Assembly: GCA_041396845.1 (NCBI GenBank)
Contig: JAWKXU010000002.1
Coordinates: forward strand, 446,519-510,518
Reading direction: 5' to 3'
Source of the DNA: Caenibius sp.
Lineage (GTDB): Bacteria > Pseudomonadota > Alphaproteobacteria > Sphingomonadales > Sphingomonadaceae
Length of the DNA: 64,000 nt
The notes beneath the pieces were generated by a model. The model worked only from the letters and a program-made list of their open reading frames with translations. It ran no database searches and was not told the origin of the DNA. This document shows, piece after piece, positions 25,926-34,867 of this stretch. Every line of letters starts with the position of its first letter. Position 1 is the stretch's first letter. The position numbers were made by a program, and so were the translations under genes.

Positions 25926-26746
25926 TGTTGATTTCCGCTGATTTCGGCTTTGGTCAAGAGTTGCGTTGTCTCCTTTTTCGGTTTGCCGTTTGCGGCGGAA
26001 GCCTTGAAGCGGAAGCTGTCGTTTCCGGTTTCGAGGATGTGGCAATGGTGGGTTAGCCGGTCGAGCAGGGCCGTGGTCATCTTGGCATCGCCGAACACGC
26101 TGGCCCATTCGGAGAAGCTGAGGTTGGTGGTGATGACGACGCTGGTGCGCTCGTAAAGCTTGCTGAGCAGATGGAACAGCAAGGCTCCGCCTGACGGGCT
26201 GAACGGCAGATATCCCAGCTCATCGAGGATCACGAGATCGAGACGCAGCAGGCGTTCGGCGAGTTGCCCTGCCTTGTTCAGCACCTTTTCCTGTTCCAGC
26301 GCGTTGACCAGATCGACGGTCGAGAAGAAGCGCACCTTCTTGCGGTGGTGCTCGACAGCCTGCACGCCCAGCGCCGTGGCGACATGGGTCTTGCCCGTGC
26401 CGGGCCCGCCGATCAGGACGACGTTGTGTGCGTCATCGATAAACTCACCGCGATGAAGCTGGCGGATCATGGCCTCGTTCGCTTCGCTGGAGGCAAAATC
26501 GAAGGTGGCCAGATCCTTGTAGGCCGGGAACCTTGCTGCCTTCATCTGGTAGGCGATCGAGCGGACCTCGCGTTCGGCCACCTCGGCCTTGAGCAGCCCA
26601 GAGAGGATCGGCACCGCCGCGCTGAACGCGGGCGCGCCCTGTTCGATGAGATCGCCGGCGGCCTGGGCCATGCCGTACATCTTCAGGCCGCGCAGCATTA
26701 CCACCACGGCAGCGCTGGCCGGATCATGACGCCCAAGACTACTCAT
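25733..26746 (-). CDS. istB: IS21 helper ATPase IstB (ORF reads through the IS end into flanking DNA)
   Basis: Walker A GGPGTGKT, Walker [10 protein letters not shown]. No stop inside the IS: codon ~274 spans the terminus at 25926. The last ~63 aa are read from trbI DNA in another frame. Confidence 0.85.
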   Translation of the reverse strand: MSSLGRHDPASAAVVVMLRGLKMYGMAQAAGDLIEQGAPAFSAAVPILSGLLKAEVAEREVRSIAYQMKAARFPAYKDLATFDFASSEANEAMIRQLHRGEFIDDAHNVVLIGGPGTGKTHVATALGVQAVEHHRKKVRFFSTVDLVNALEQEKVLNKAGQLAERLLRLDLVILDELGYLPFSPSGGALLFHLLSKLYERTSVVITTNLSFSEWASVFGDAKMTTALLDRLTHHCHILETGNDSFRFKASAANGKPKKETTQLLTKAEISGNQHHHVRTEGLWRCAQARRTAARRSRRPHRRGARARRECACAAGRRAARSARAGRRSRTPARRTGA

Positions 26747-28374
26747 GCGCGCACCTCCTTGCCGCGCAAGGCATCGTAGCGGGCGACATTGGCTTTGGGT
26801 TCACGGCGCAGCGTCAGCGCCTGCGGGGCATCGATCCTCGGTGGGTTCCCGTCCTTGCCATCGATCAGCCTGTGCAGCACGTTCAGGATATGGGTCTTGG
26901 TGGGAACACCTGCTTCCAACGCCAGCTCGACAGCACACAGCACTGCCCGCTCATCGTGGTGCAGAACCAGCGAGAGGATATCGACCATCTCCCTGTCGCC
27001 GCCGGGGTGCCTGAGAAGATGCGTCTGCAGCTGCCGGAACGCTTCAGGCATCTCGGTAAAGGGGGGCGCCATTGCGCAGGGCTCCGGGCTTGCGCTGGAT
27101 CACTGCCAGATAGTGCCGCCAGTCATAAACCGTCTGCCCCCGCAGGTGATGCGCCCGGGTGATAATGCGCTGATGTTCGCACAGGACCCGGCCTTCGGCG
27201 GCAACGACGATCCGGTCAGGGTATATCCGCAGACTTACGGGCCGGTTGGCGAAGGAGGCTGGCACGCTGTAACGGTGGCGCTCGAAGTGAACCAGACAGG
27301 TCGGCGATACCCGCTTGGTATGCTCGACAAAGCCATCGAAGGGGCGCCCCATCTCCATCAGGCTGGCGAGCTCGGCGGCATGCACATCGGCGACCGTGCC
27401 AGGCAATGTGCCGTGCTGGACCTGGCTCCATTGCTCGATGCAGCGTTCCTCCAGCCACGCATTGAGCGCTTCCAGATCGGGAAAGGCCGGCATCTTCTGC
27501 CACAGGCGCCGCCGGGCATCCTGGACGTTCTTCTCGACCTGGCCTTTCTCCCACCCGGAAGCCGGGTTGCAGAACTCGGGTTCGAACAGATAGTGGCTGG
27601 CCATGGCGGCAAAGCGGGCGTTGACCTGCCGGACTTTACCTGCGCCGATCCGGTCAACGGCGGTCTTCATGTTATCAAAGATCCCCGCCGGGGCACGCCG
27701 CCCAATACCCGGAATGCCTGTGTCAGCGCATCGAACAGCATCTCGTGCGTCTGCAGCGGATAGGCCCTGACGATGAACGCCTTGCTGTGCGACAGCTTGG
27801 TATGCGCAGCCTGCAGCTTTACCGTTCGCCGGCAACAACCGCCCAGTCTTCGCTCCAGTCGAACTGGAACGCTTCGCCCGGCGCAAATACCAGCGGCACA
27901 AAGGTCCCGCGCCCGCTGGTCTGCTGCTCGTACTGTAACTGCGCTTTCCACTTGCGTGCGAACGCCGCCACGCGCCCGTAGGATCCGTCAAAACCCAGCT
28001 CCACCAGATCGGCATGCATCTGCTTCACCGTGCGGCGTTGCTTGCGTGACTTGCCAGCCTCGATCCGCAGCCAGCCTGACAGCTTATCGGCATACGGGTC
28101 CAGCTTGCTCGGTCGATCGGGAACCTTGAACACTGGTTCCACCTCGCCGCTGCGCAGATATTTGCGGATCGTGTTACGCGACAGTCCTGTGCGCCGCCCT
28201 ATCTCCCGGATCGGCAGCTTGTCGCGAAAACGCCAGCGCCGGATCACACTCAGTAAATCCATCTCGATCACTCCATGTCGCCTCCAATCCAAAGATCGGA
28301 AGCCGTTCAAACATGGGTCAAATCTCAATGAAAATTATCTCCCCTCCCGGGTCAAATCTCACCGGAAATCAACA
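25926..28374 (-). mobile_element. IS21-family insertion sequence, full length (2449 bp), istA inactivated
   Basis: Ends TGTTGATTTCCGCTGA (25926-) and TGTTGATTTCCGGTGAGATTTGACCC (reverse complement of 28374). istA-istB have an ATGA overlap. No direct repeat in the flanks. Confidence 0.9.
26743..28262 (-). pseudogene. istA: IS21 transposase IstA, split over four frames (three frameshifts)
   Basis: Segments 28262-27819 (MDLLSV..WAVVAGER), ..-27667 (VKLQAAHTKLSHSKAFIVRAYPLQ..), ..-27044 (IFDNMKTAVD..GAPLYRDA) and 27072-26743 (..FTEMPEAFRQL..) lie in different frames. Confidence 0.85.
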
Positions 28375-28444
28375 CCTGGCACCCAGAAATACATGGTCGT
28401 GCGTAAACGGGGCCCTCTCGTCGTGCCGATTCAATTGTAATCCC

Positions 28445-28720
28445 TCATTTCGAATAGCGACGCACGGCAGTGATCAGTTCTTCTGCACCTGCGGCCCTTT
28501 CATCTTCGCTGAGATCAGGCCGGGCGACATGCTCGCGCACATGATCTTCGATCAGTTCATCCATGAGGCCGCCCACCGCTCCCCGCACGCCGGCGACCTG
28601 ATGAAGTACAACCGCACACCCAGCTTCTCCGGCAATGGCTTTCTCGATAGCGGCCACTTGGCCGGCGATCCTCCGGACTCGGGCGAGAAGCTGATCTTGA
28701 TTCGAGATTGTGTGCGCCAT
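28445..28720 (-). CDS. RcnR/DmeR-type (CsoR/RcnR family, DUF156) metal-sensing repressor
   Basis: 91 aa, MAHTISNQDQLLARVRRIAGQVAAIEKA.. with the H3-C35-H60-H64 ligand fingerprint of Ni/Co-sensing RcnR. The ORF track shows it merged into a longer 28445..29173 frame. Confidence 0.8.
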   Translation of the reverse strand: MAHTISNQDQLLARVRRIAGQVAAIEKAIAGEAGCAVVLHQVAGVRGAVGGLMDELIEDHVREHVARPDLSEDERAAGAEELITAVRRYSK

Positions 28721-28739
28721 AGCATACCCCCCTATACTA
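28720..28739. promoter_or_regulatory. RcnR/FrmR type-1 operator: TAGCATA-C6-TATACTA
   Basis: AT-rich inverted repeat (6/7) flanking a C6/G6 tract, abutting the repressor ATG (28718-28720). Confidence 0.6.
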
Positions 28740-28836
28740 TAATTGAATGAAAAAAAAGCGATCACCGTAAGGATCGGGTTGCGGCACGAATGGATGGAAA
28801 GACGCTCCGCCCGTTGGGGCGGAGTGTCGTCGCCCG

Positions 28837-29136
28837 TCAGCGAGACCAGATGAGGGCGTATTCTCCGGCGGTGTCGGTCTCGGACAGCGTGGCATAGACC
28901 GGAGCCGGGAAGCTCGGATCGTCCAGCTTGACCGAGATATAGTCGCGGCCTTCGCGACTGGTCTTCTTCCAGGCGGCGCCGATGTCGAGATCGCCGGTAC
29001 TGACGCGAAAGTCGGGAGACTTCTCGCCGTCCTTGTCGACGGGGCAGAGAATTGCCTGGGTGTTGAGAGTGAGCGTCCTGATGGTGCCGCCCAGTTCGCC
29101 GCTGTCGTTGGCGGTGAAGGTGCCGATGGTAGCCAT
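28837..29136 (-). CDS. DUF736 protein (ICE backbone)
   Basis: MATIGTFTANDSGELGGTIRTLTL..DIGAAWKKTSREGRDYISVKLDDPSFPAPVYATL..YALIWSR. AAGGA lies before ATG 29136. Confidence 0.8.
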   Translation of the reverse strand: MATIGTFTANDSGELGGTIRTLTLNTQAILCPVDKDGEKSPDFRVSTGDLDIGAAWKKTSREGRDYISVKLDDPSFPAPVYATLSETDTAGEYALIWSR

Positions 29137-29509
29137 GTCGTAAGTCCTTTCGTGTTGCTCGGACCGCGCCCATCGCGGCCTCGATGGCGGTTCAAGGGAC
29201 CGGAGCGATCGACGACGCATCCCAAAGGGACCGCAGCGAAGCGGAGGATGGCGGGAAGCCGCTTTTTTATTTCGCGATGCAAAGCCGACAGGCGGCGGAA
29301 AAAAGCTGCGCCCGTCATTGCGGCATAGCAGATCGGGCGAAGCCTTCTCCGGTCAGACCAGCCATGAGAGAGGCCGTGTGGGTGTGGTTCTGACGGCAGG
29401 GAACAGAGAATGCAGGTGTGCGATCGGAATCCCTAAGCCACAGATGCAGGTGTTTCGGCACCTGCCGAACAGAACGCTCTCCATACCACACAAGGGCAAA
29501 TTGAGCGCC

Positions 29510-30154
29510 TCAGGTGGCCGCGCGTGCCCTACTTCCCGAAAGTCCCCGCAATTCAGACCGCGCCTGCCGGACGATCTGCCAGCCGCCGCTGACACCAAGA
29601 CTGGCGAGGATCATGGCAACGGCGATATCGGGCCAGGCGGTACCCGTGCCGAACACGCCGAGCGCGGCGGCGACCACGGCCACATTGCCGATCGCGTCAT
29701 TGCGCGAGCAGATCCATACCGACCTGCGGTTGGCGTCGCCCTCGCGGTGCCGCCACAGCATGATCGCGCAAGCAAGATTGGCGATGAACGCCAGCACGCC
29801 GATAATGCCCATCGTCTCAGCTCGGGGAAGTGTGCCTGCAATCGCCATCCATGCGGTGCTGCCGAGAATCCACAGACCGAGCAGGAGCAGCGAGGCGCCC
29901 TTGAGCCATGCGGCCCGCGCGCGCCATTGCAGTGCCATGCCGGCAACGCCGAGGCTGATCGCATAGTTGGCGGCATCCCCGAGAAAGTCGAGCGCGTCGG
30001 CCTTGAGCGATGCCGAATGCGCCGCAACCCCCGCCACCATCTCGACACCGAACATTCCGGCATTAATGGCAAGCACGATCCACAGCACCCGCCGCCATGC
30101 CTTGTCCTCGGTCGGTGCAGTCGTTTCACAACCGCCGCAGCATCCGCCTGCCAT
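29510..30154 (-). CDS. short cation-diffusion-facilitator (CDF) metal exporter, Cys-rich N-terminus
   Basis: ORF 29510..30196, trimmed to ATG 30154. MAGGCCGGCE.., then six hydrophobic segments with CDF-type HSASLKADALDFLGDA. Ends shortly after the last TM segment. Confidence 0.75.
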   Translation of the reverse strand: MAGGCCGGCETTAPTEDKAWRRVLWIVLAINAGMFGVEMVAGVAAHSASLKADALDFLGDAANYAISLGVAGMALQWRARAAWLKGASLLLLGLWILGSTAWMAIAGTLPRAETMGIIGVLAFIANLACAIMLWRHREGDANRRSVWICSRNDAIGNVAVVAAALGVFGTGTAWPDIAVAMILASLGVSGGWQIVRQARSELRGLSGSRARAAT

Positions 30155-30194
30155 ATCCGTTACCTCGATTCTTCCGATGCGACCGCCTATATGC

Positions 30195-30215
30195 ACCCTG
30201 TAGCAACTACAGGGT
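30195..30215. promoter_or_regulatory. MerR-family operator ACCCTGTAG-CAA-CTACAGGGT inside a long-spacer divergent promoter
   Basis: Perfect 9-bp inverted repeat. On the minus strand: TTGACC-19 nt-CATATA, directed at the CDF gene. Confidence 0.7.
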
Positions 30216-30222
30216 CAAGGGC

Positions 30223-30639
30223 ATGGCATTCACGATCGGCGAACTGGGCAAGGCGACGGGCACCAAGGTCGAAACGATCCGCTATTACGAGCGGATCGGA
30301 TTGCTGGCGAAGCCTGAACGAACTTCGGGCAATTACCGCTCCTATGGGAAGGCGGAACTGGGCCGGCTCTCATTCATTCGCCGGGCACGCGATCTCGGCT
30401 TCCCGCTCGACCAGGTGCGGGCGTTGCTGTCACTGTCGGATGATCGGTCACGCGATTGCGCCACGGTCGATGCCTTGGCCCGCGATCACCTTGCCGAGGT
30501 CGAGCGCAAGATCGCCGATCTGACTGCGCTTCGTAGCGAGCTGTCGGCATTACTCGACTCCTGCAAGGGCGGCACGGTCGGGGATTGCCGGATCATCGAG
30601 GCGCTCGCACCGCCTGCCACTTCAGGAGAGACCCTGTGA
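30223..30639 (+). CDS. MerR-family heavy-metal-responsive regulator (CadR/ZntR/PbrR-like)
   Basis: ORF 30097..30639, trimmed to ATG 30223. [28 protein letters not shown]. Cys in DRSRDC and C-terminal CKGGTVGDC. Confidence 0.85.
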   Translation: MAFTIGELGKATGTKVETIRYYERIGLLAKPERTSGNYRSYGKAELGRLSFIRRARDLGFPLDQVRALLSLSDDRSRDCATVDALARDHLAEVERKIADLTALRSELSALLDSCKGGTVGDCRIIEALAPPATSGETL

Positions 30640-30965
30640 ACCTCACACCGTTCGCCTATCTCGGCGCAGCCTTGGCCGAGATCGCAGGATGCTTCTCCTT
30701 CTGGGCATGGCTGCGGCTCGGCAAGTCACCATTCTGGCTTGTCCCGGGCATGATCTCGCTCGCCTTGTTCGCGTGGTTGCTAACCCTGGTCGACAGCGAT
30801 GCGGCGGGACGTACCTATGCTGCCTATGGCGGCGTCTATATTGCTGCCTCACTGGGCTGGCTGTGGGCGATTGAAGGGCTGCGCCCCGATCGATGGGATA
30901 TTACCGGTGCCTCCGTCTGTCTTGTTGGAGCGGCCATTATCCTGCTTGGTCCCCGTTCGATTTGA
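30636..30965 (+). CDS. ynfA: YnfA-family (UPF0060) small membrane protein
   Basis: GTG 30636 overlaps the merR stop. [40 protein letters not shown]. Confidence 0.7.
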   Translation: MNLTPFAYLGAALAEIAGCFSFWAWLRLGKSPFWLVPGMISLALFAWLLTLVDSDAAGRTYAAYGGVYIAASLGWLWAIEGLRPDRWDITGASVCLVGAAIILLGPRSI

Positions 30966-31017
30966 ACTGCCGAGCCGGGTAAATTCTCAGCGGCGTCGAT
31001 CCGACGCATAACAATAC

Positions 31018-31049
31018 GGCCGCGCCCGATGGGGCGCGGCCGCAATTTT
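31018..31049 (+). terminator. rho-independent-type terminator after ynfA
   Basis: GGCCGCGCCC-GATG-GGGCGCGGCC, followed by GCAATTTT. Confidence 0.6.
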
Positions 31050-31103
31050 CAGCAGGTGTCAAATGAAGGCCGGGACCGCTCAGGCGGCCCCGGCTTCATG
31101 CCG

Positions 31104-33131
31104 CTATTCGGCGGCGACGGCGTAGAAGTCTTCGCCGTCCTCGGCTTGCGCTTCGGGAGCCTCGGCCTCTGATGGCTGCTCCGCTTCCGTGTCCGGCGTC
31201 CGCAGGATCGCAGGCAACCATCCGGTCCCGGCCAGAAGCTGCTCGGCGGACTGCGCCATGTCGGCTTTCTTCATGTCCACGATCCGGCGCGCGGCATCCT
31301 CCGATACGCCTTCGGTCACGGCCTCGACGATATGCGCCTTGGTGACACGGCCAAGATAGCTGCCCACGGTGGGCGTCCAGTCCTTCGCCATGTCGAGCGC
31401 CAGCGCACTCGCCAGCCTGTCGGCGGTTTGCAGCGACCGGGGCTTGCGATCCCACGGCAGATGCAGCGCATTGACGGTGCAGGCCACACAATGCGCCAGC
31501 AGCGCCATCCGGTCCTCATCGTCCAGAGCGAATATGAAGGTCCACAGTTCCGCCACATCACGGGGCATCCGTTCGGCCCATGCCTCATGCGCCGCGTTTG
31601 CCTTGGCTGCCAGCGGCGTATCCTCGATCCCGTCCGCATGACTGCCCAGCGGCGTCACGGTCGGACGGACCTCAAGGCAACCGGCCTCGGCAAAGCTGTA
31701 GAACAGTTGCGAAGTCAGCGTATGGGTTATAGCGATCAACGCCATGTCGGGCCACTCGCCAAGCGCCACGCGAAGGGCAAGGGTCCGGTGCGCGGACAGG
31801 TCGCGGGTCAGAGCATCGGAAATCGGCTTGCCGACTTCGTCGTCTTCGATGTCCTGCTCACCTTCATCGCTATCGTCGGTCTGTTCATCCTCGACAGTAT
31901 CAGGTGCAGCATCTTCGCTTTCACCTTCGGGCTGCGGATCGGCCAGCACCTCATCCTCGGCACGAACGAAACCGCGCTCGATCCTGACCGTGCCATCATG
32001 GTTGAGCACCACGAGCACACCGCCATGCGCGATCAGTTTAGCATCATAGGCATGACGCTTGTCGGAAATCGCATCGATCTCCGCATCCAGCGCCTCGACC
32101 TTGGCCGCCACGTCCTCCGGCATTTCGTCATAGGAGTCGAAATTCTCGACAAGCTGGTCATACTGGGCTGACGCCGCTTCCAACCGCTTTTCGTCCTCGT
32201 CGGACAGGGCAACGGCTTCGGGATAGAAACGCCGCATGCCGTGGGCATGGGGATAGTCGATATGCGCCTCGACCCATTTCCAGCCCTCGGCCTGCACTTC
32301 GGCAGCAACCTCGCGCAGCTTCTCGATAGCCAGCATATCGAGCAAACCCGCATCCTCGAAATAGCCGCCGCCTTCGTCGGCAAACAGGTCGCGGATGATG
32401 GTGCCGCCCGCTTCTTCATAAGCTGCCTCGCCCACGAAGATCGCGCGGCGATCATGGCCGGGAACATTGGCGGCGGTCAGATCGCGCCGAATGATCCATG
32501 GCTCGCGGTTATGATGCAGGCTCTCGAACACCTGCTCCTGTCGGTCGTGGTCCCCGGTAATGGCAAAGGCCATCAACTGATCCAGCGTCAGCCCATCCTC
32601 GCGGTAGACCTGCAACAGCTTCGGAGACACAGCACCAAGGCGCAGCCGCTGCTTCACGACATGGGCGGACACGCCGAACCGCGCGCCGATTTCCTGCGCG
32701 CCCCAACCCTTGGTTTCGGAAAGCTCGCGGAACCGCTCGAACTGGTCGGCGGGGTGCATGGGGGTGCGGGTGACATTCTCGTCCAGACTGATCTCGGACG
32801 GATCGTTCTCGGTGTCGAGCCAGCAGCGCACCGGGTCGGACTTCTTCATCTTCCTGCGCTTGGCGCACAGCAGCATCGCCTGCCTGCGACCTTCGCCAGC
32901 GGTGACGAAATAGAAGCCGGTCGGCGTTCCATCGTCCTTTACTGCGGGTTCCACGACAAGGTTCTGGATCAGCCCCTTGTGCGCGATGGATGCGGCCAGC
33001 GCCTCGATGGCGCTTTCCCCGTGCGGCACCTTGCGCGCATTGCGCGGGGACTTCTTGAGCTTGTTCAGGGGCACGAAAATCTCGACGCCAGACACAGGCT
33101 CGGCAGCGGTGGTTTCGGTAACAGCGTTCAT
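31104..33131 (-). CDS. large ParB/Srx-N-terminal-domain protein (ICE-type ParB-like nuclease/partition homologue)
   Basis: ~675 aa. VPLNKLKKSPRNARKV..AASIAHKGLIQNLVV..FVTAGEGRRQAM, with an acidic central region. AAGGAGAAG lies before ATG 33131. Confidence 0.8.
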   Translation of the reverse strand: MNAVTETTAAEPVSGVEIFVPLNKLKKSPRNARKVPHGESAIEALAASIAHKGLIQNLVVEPAVKDDGTPTGFYFVTAGEGRRQAMLLCAKRRKMKKSDPVRCWLDTENDPSEISLDENVTRTPMHPADQFERFRELSETKGWGAQEIGARFGVSAHVVKQRLRLGAVSPKLLQVYREDGLTLDQLMAFAITGDHDRQEQVFESLHHNREPWIIRRDLTAANVPGHDRRAIFVGEAAYEEAGGTIIRDLFADEGGGYFEDAGLLDMLAIEKLREVAAEVQAEGWKWVEAHIDYPHAHGMRRFYPEAVALSDEDEKRLEAASAQYDQLVENFDSYDEMPEDVAAKVEALDAEIDAISDKRHAYDAKLIAHGGVLVVLNHDGTVRIERGFVRAEDEVLADPQPEGESEDAAPDTVEDEQTDDSDEGEQDIEDDEVGKPISDALTRDLSAHRTLALRVALGEWPDMALIAITHTLTSQLFYSFAEAGCLEVRPTVTPLGSHADGIEDTPLAAKANAAHEAWAERMPRDVAELWTFIFALDDEDRMALLAHCVACTVNALHLPWDRKPRSLQTADRLASALALDMAKDWTPTVGSYLGRVTKAHIVEAVTEGVSEDAARRIVDMKKADMAQSAEQLLAGTGWLPAILRTPDTEAEQPSEAEAPEAQAEDGEDFYAVAAE

Positions 33132-33559
33132 CACACTTCTCCTTCAACACACACTCACCCCGGAATGGGGTGGGCGGCGAAGGAGCGACCGGCTGGTTCG
33201 CTGTCAGAGCCGGGGCGCACCCGGAGGGCTGAAACGAAGAGGAAGTAAGCGCAAAGCGCGTTGCGCCCCGGCGCGGCGAACCTAAAGGGAAGCGTCGCCC
33301 ACCCCACCGACGGGGAGAGATACAAACAACGCGATCGGGTCGGCGCAGCCCTGGACCGATCTCCGCATCCAGAGGACGACGCGAATTCGCAGATGCGGAT
33401 TTACGACATGACGTGAAACGTCGCTCGCGTCAGGGATTGAAGCCGCATGGCGGAGACAGGCAACGCTTGGCTCCGGTGCAAACCGAAAGCCCGGCCCAAA
33501 GGGCGACGCCGCCGCAATCTTCGCTATTCGACGCCAGAACCAACCTGATTTTGCCGATT

Positions 33560-33609
33560 TTCTGGAGACAATGTGGAGACAACAGCCCTCGCAACCGGCT
33601 TTGTCTCCA
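33560..33609 (+). repeat. repeat module TTCTGGAGACAATgTGGAGACAA-N18-TTGTCTCCA (tRNA-proximal island end)
   Basis: TGGAGACAA at 33563-33571 and 33574-33582. Inverted copy at 33601-33609, 44 bp from the att repeat. Confidence 0.7.
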
Positions 33610-33659
33610 GCGAAAGGGAATGCGCCGTGGCGCTAATTCGCTGATTTGTCATGGAAAAC

Positions 33660-33734
33660 TGGAGCGGGCGAAGGGATTCGAACCCTCGACCCCAACCTTG
33701 GCAAGGTTGTGCTCTACCCCTGAGCTACGCCCGC
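33660..33734 (-). tRNA. tRNA-Gly (anticodon GCC), CCA encoded
   Basis: Reverse complement GCGGGCGTAGCTCAGGGGTAGAGCACAACCTTGCCAAGGTTGGGGTCGAGGGTTCGAATCCCTTCGCCCGCTCCA folds as a cloverleaf (7-bp acceptor stem, TTCGAAT T-loop, CTTGCCAAG anticodon loop). Confidence 0.95.
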
Positions 33735-33898
33735 TCTGGCGCCGGTCCCGTTTCCGGGTGCCCGCATCTGGCAAGTGCCTGCGGGCCGGGTGAGGCGCGC
33801 GGTTAGCATTGGCTTTCGAACCCGGCAAGGGAAAAATTCGTCAATTTTCTTTCCCCTTCACAAACAGGCCCCCGACCCCACATAAGACCGAACGCAAT

Positions 33899-34849
33899 AT
33901 GAGCCACAATCCGGGGGAATTTCACTTGGCCAGCATGGGTTTGAATATCGACGAACAGAAAGCAGTCGACCGTTTCCGCAAGGATGTTGTCGAACCTTCG
34001 ATGACCAGCCTCGTCATCGTCGATTTCTGGGCTGAATGGTGCGGGCCGTGCAAGGCGCTGGCCCCCGTGCTGGAAAAGGTTGCCGCGGAATATGCCGACA
34101 AAGGCGTGATTCTGGCCAAGATCAACGTCGATGAAGAACAGTTCATCGCCGCGCAGTTTCAGGTAAAATCCATCCCCACGGTCTATGCCCTGTTCCAGGG
34201 TCAGCCAGTGGCCGATCTCACCAATGCCCGCAGCGAATCGCAGCTTAAACAGATGCTCGACCAGATTCTGGCGCAGATCCCTGTGCAGCCGGGCGCAAAC
34301 GGTGGGGCAGCGGAGAAAGCACAGGACGTCGCCCCGCTTATCAAGATGGGCGAAGATGTACTGGCATCCGGCGATGCGGAACGAGCCGCAGGTATCTTTG
34401 CCCAGATCGTTGAAATGGCGCCAGACAAGGTCGAAGCCCATGCCGGGCTGCTGCGCGCACTGGCCGAGGCTGGCAAGCTGGATGAAGCACAGGCTGCGCT
34501 TGCTGCATTGCCCGAAGATGTGGCCGCCGACCCTGCAATTGCACAGGCGCGCTCGGCGATAGAACTGGCTGCCGAGAGGCCCGATGCGGGTGCGCTTGAC
34601 GCATTGCGGAACGCCGCGGCTGCCAATCCCGCCGATATGGATGCGCAATTGGCCTATGCAACAGGCGCCTTTGCCGCAGGGGCACGCGACGATGCCGCAG
34701 ATATTCTGCTTTCCATGATAACGGCAGACCGGGAATGGAATGACAGTGCCGCCAAGGCAAAGTTGCTGCAAATTTTTGAGGCAGTCGGGCTGGAAGACCC
34801 GTGGGTCGCAGCCACCCGCCGCCGCCTTTCGACAATCCTGTTCGGCTGA
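33899..34849 (+). CDS. thioredoxin-domain plus TPR co-chaperone (YbbN/CnoX-like)
   Basis: VIVDFWAEWCGPCKALAPV thioredoxin motif followed by Ala-rich TPR-like repeats. Start uncertain (33809/33899/33935). Confidence 0.75.
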   Translation: MSHNPGEFHLASMGLNIDEQKAVDRFRKDVVEPSMTSLVIVDFWAEWCGPCKALAPVLEKVAAEYADKGVILAKINVDEEQFIAAQFQVKSIPTVYALFQGQPVADLTNARSESQLKQMLDQILAQIPVQPGANGGAAEKAQDVAPLIKMGEDVLASGDAERAAGIFAQIVEMAPDKVEAHAGLLRALAEAGKLDEAQAALAALPEDVAADPAIAQARSAIELAAERPDAGALDALRNAAAANPADMDAQLAYATGAFAAGARDDAADILLSMITADREWNDSAAKAKLLQIFEAVGLEDPWVAATRRRLSTILFG

Positions 34850-34867
34850 ACGACGGCACTGCGGGCC

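Larger units (their letters stand above)
11156..33704. mobile_element. tRNA-Gly-associated integrative element: ICE remnant / heavy-metal resistance island (~22.5 kb)
   Basis: Bounded by the 52-bp direct repeats. Integrase sits at one end and ParB-like/DUF736 ICE genes at the tRNA end. trbI' and DUF2274 are inside. No relaxase, T4CP or other trb genes. Confidence 0.75.

Noticed and set aside
28721-29173. The 242-aa ORF 28445-29173, and ORFs 28737-29318 and 28837-29220, as long proteins.
   Set aside because: The real genes are the 91-aa RcnR-like protein (from ATG 28720) and the 99-aa DUF736 protein (from ATG 29136). The extensions are Arg/Pro-rich and cross a hairpin (28803-28822) and the operator.
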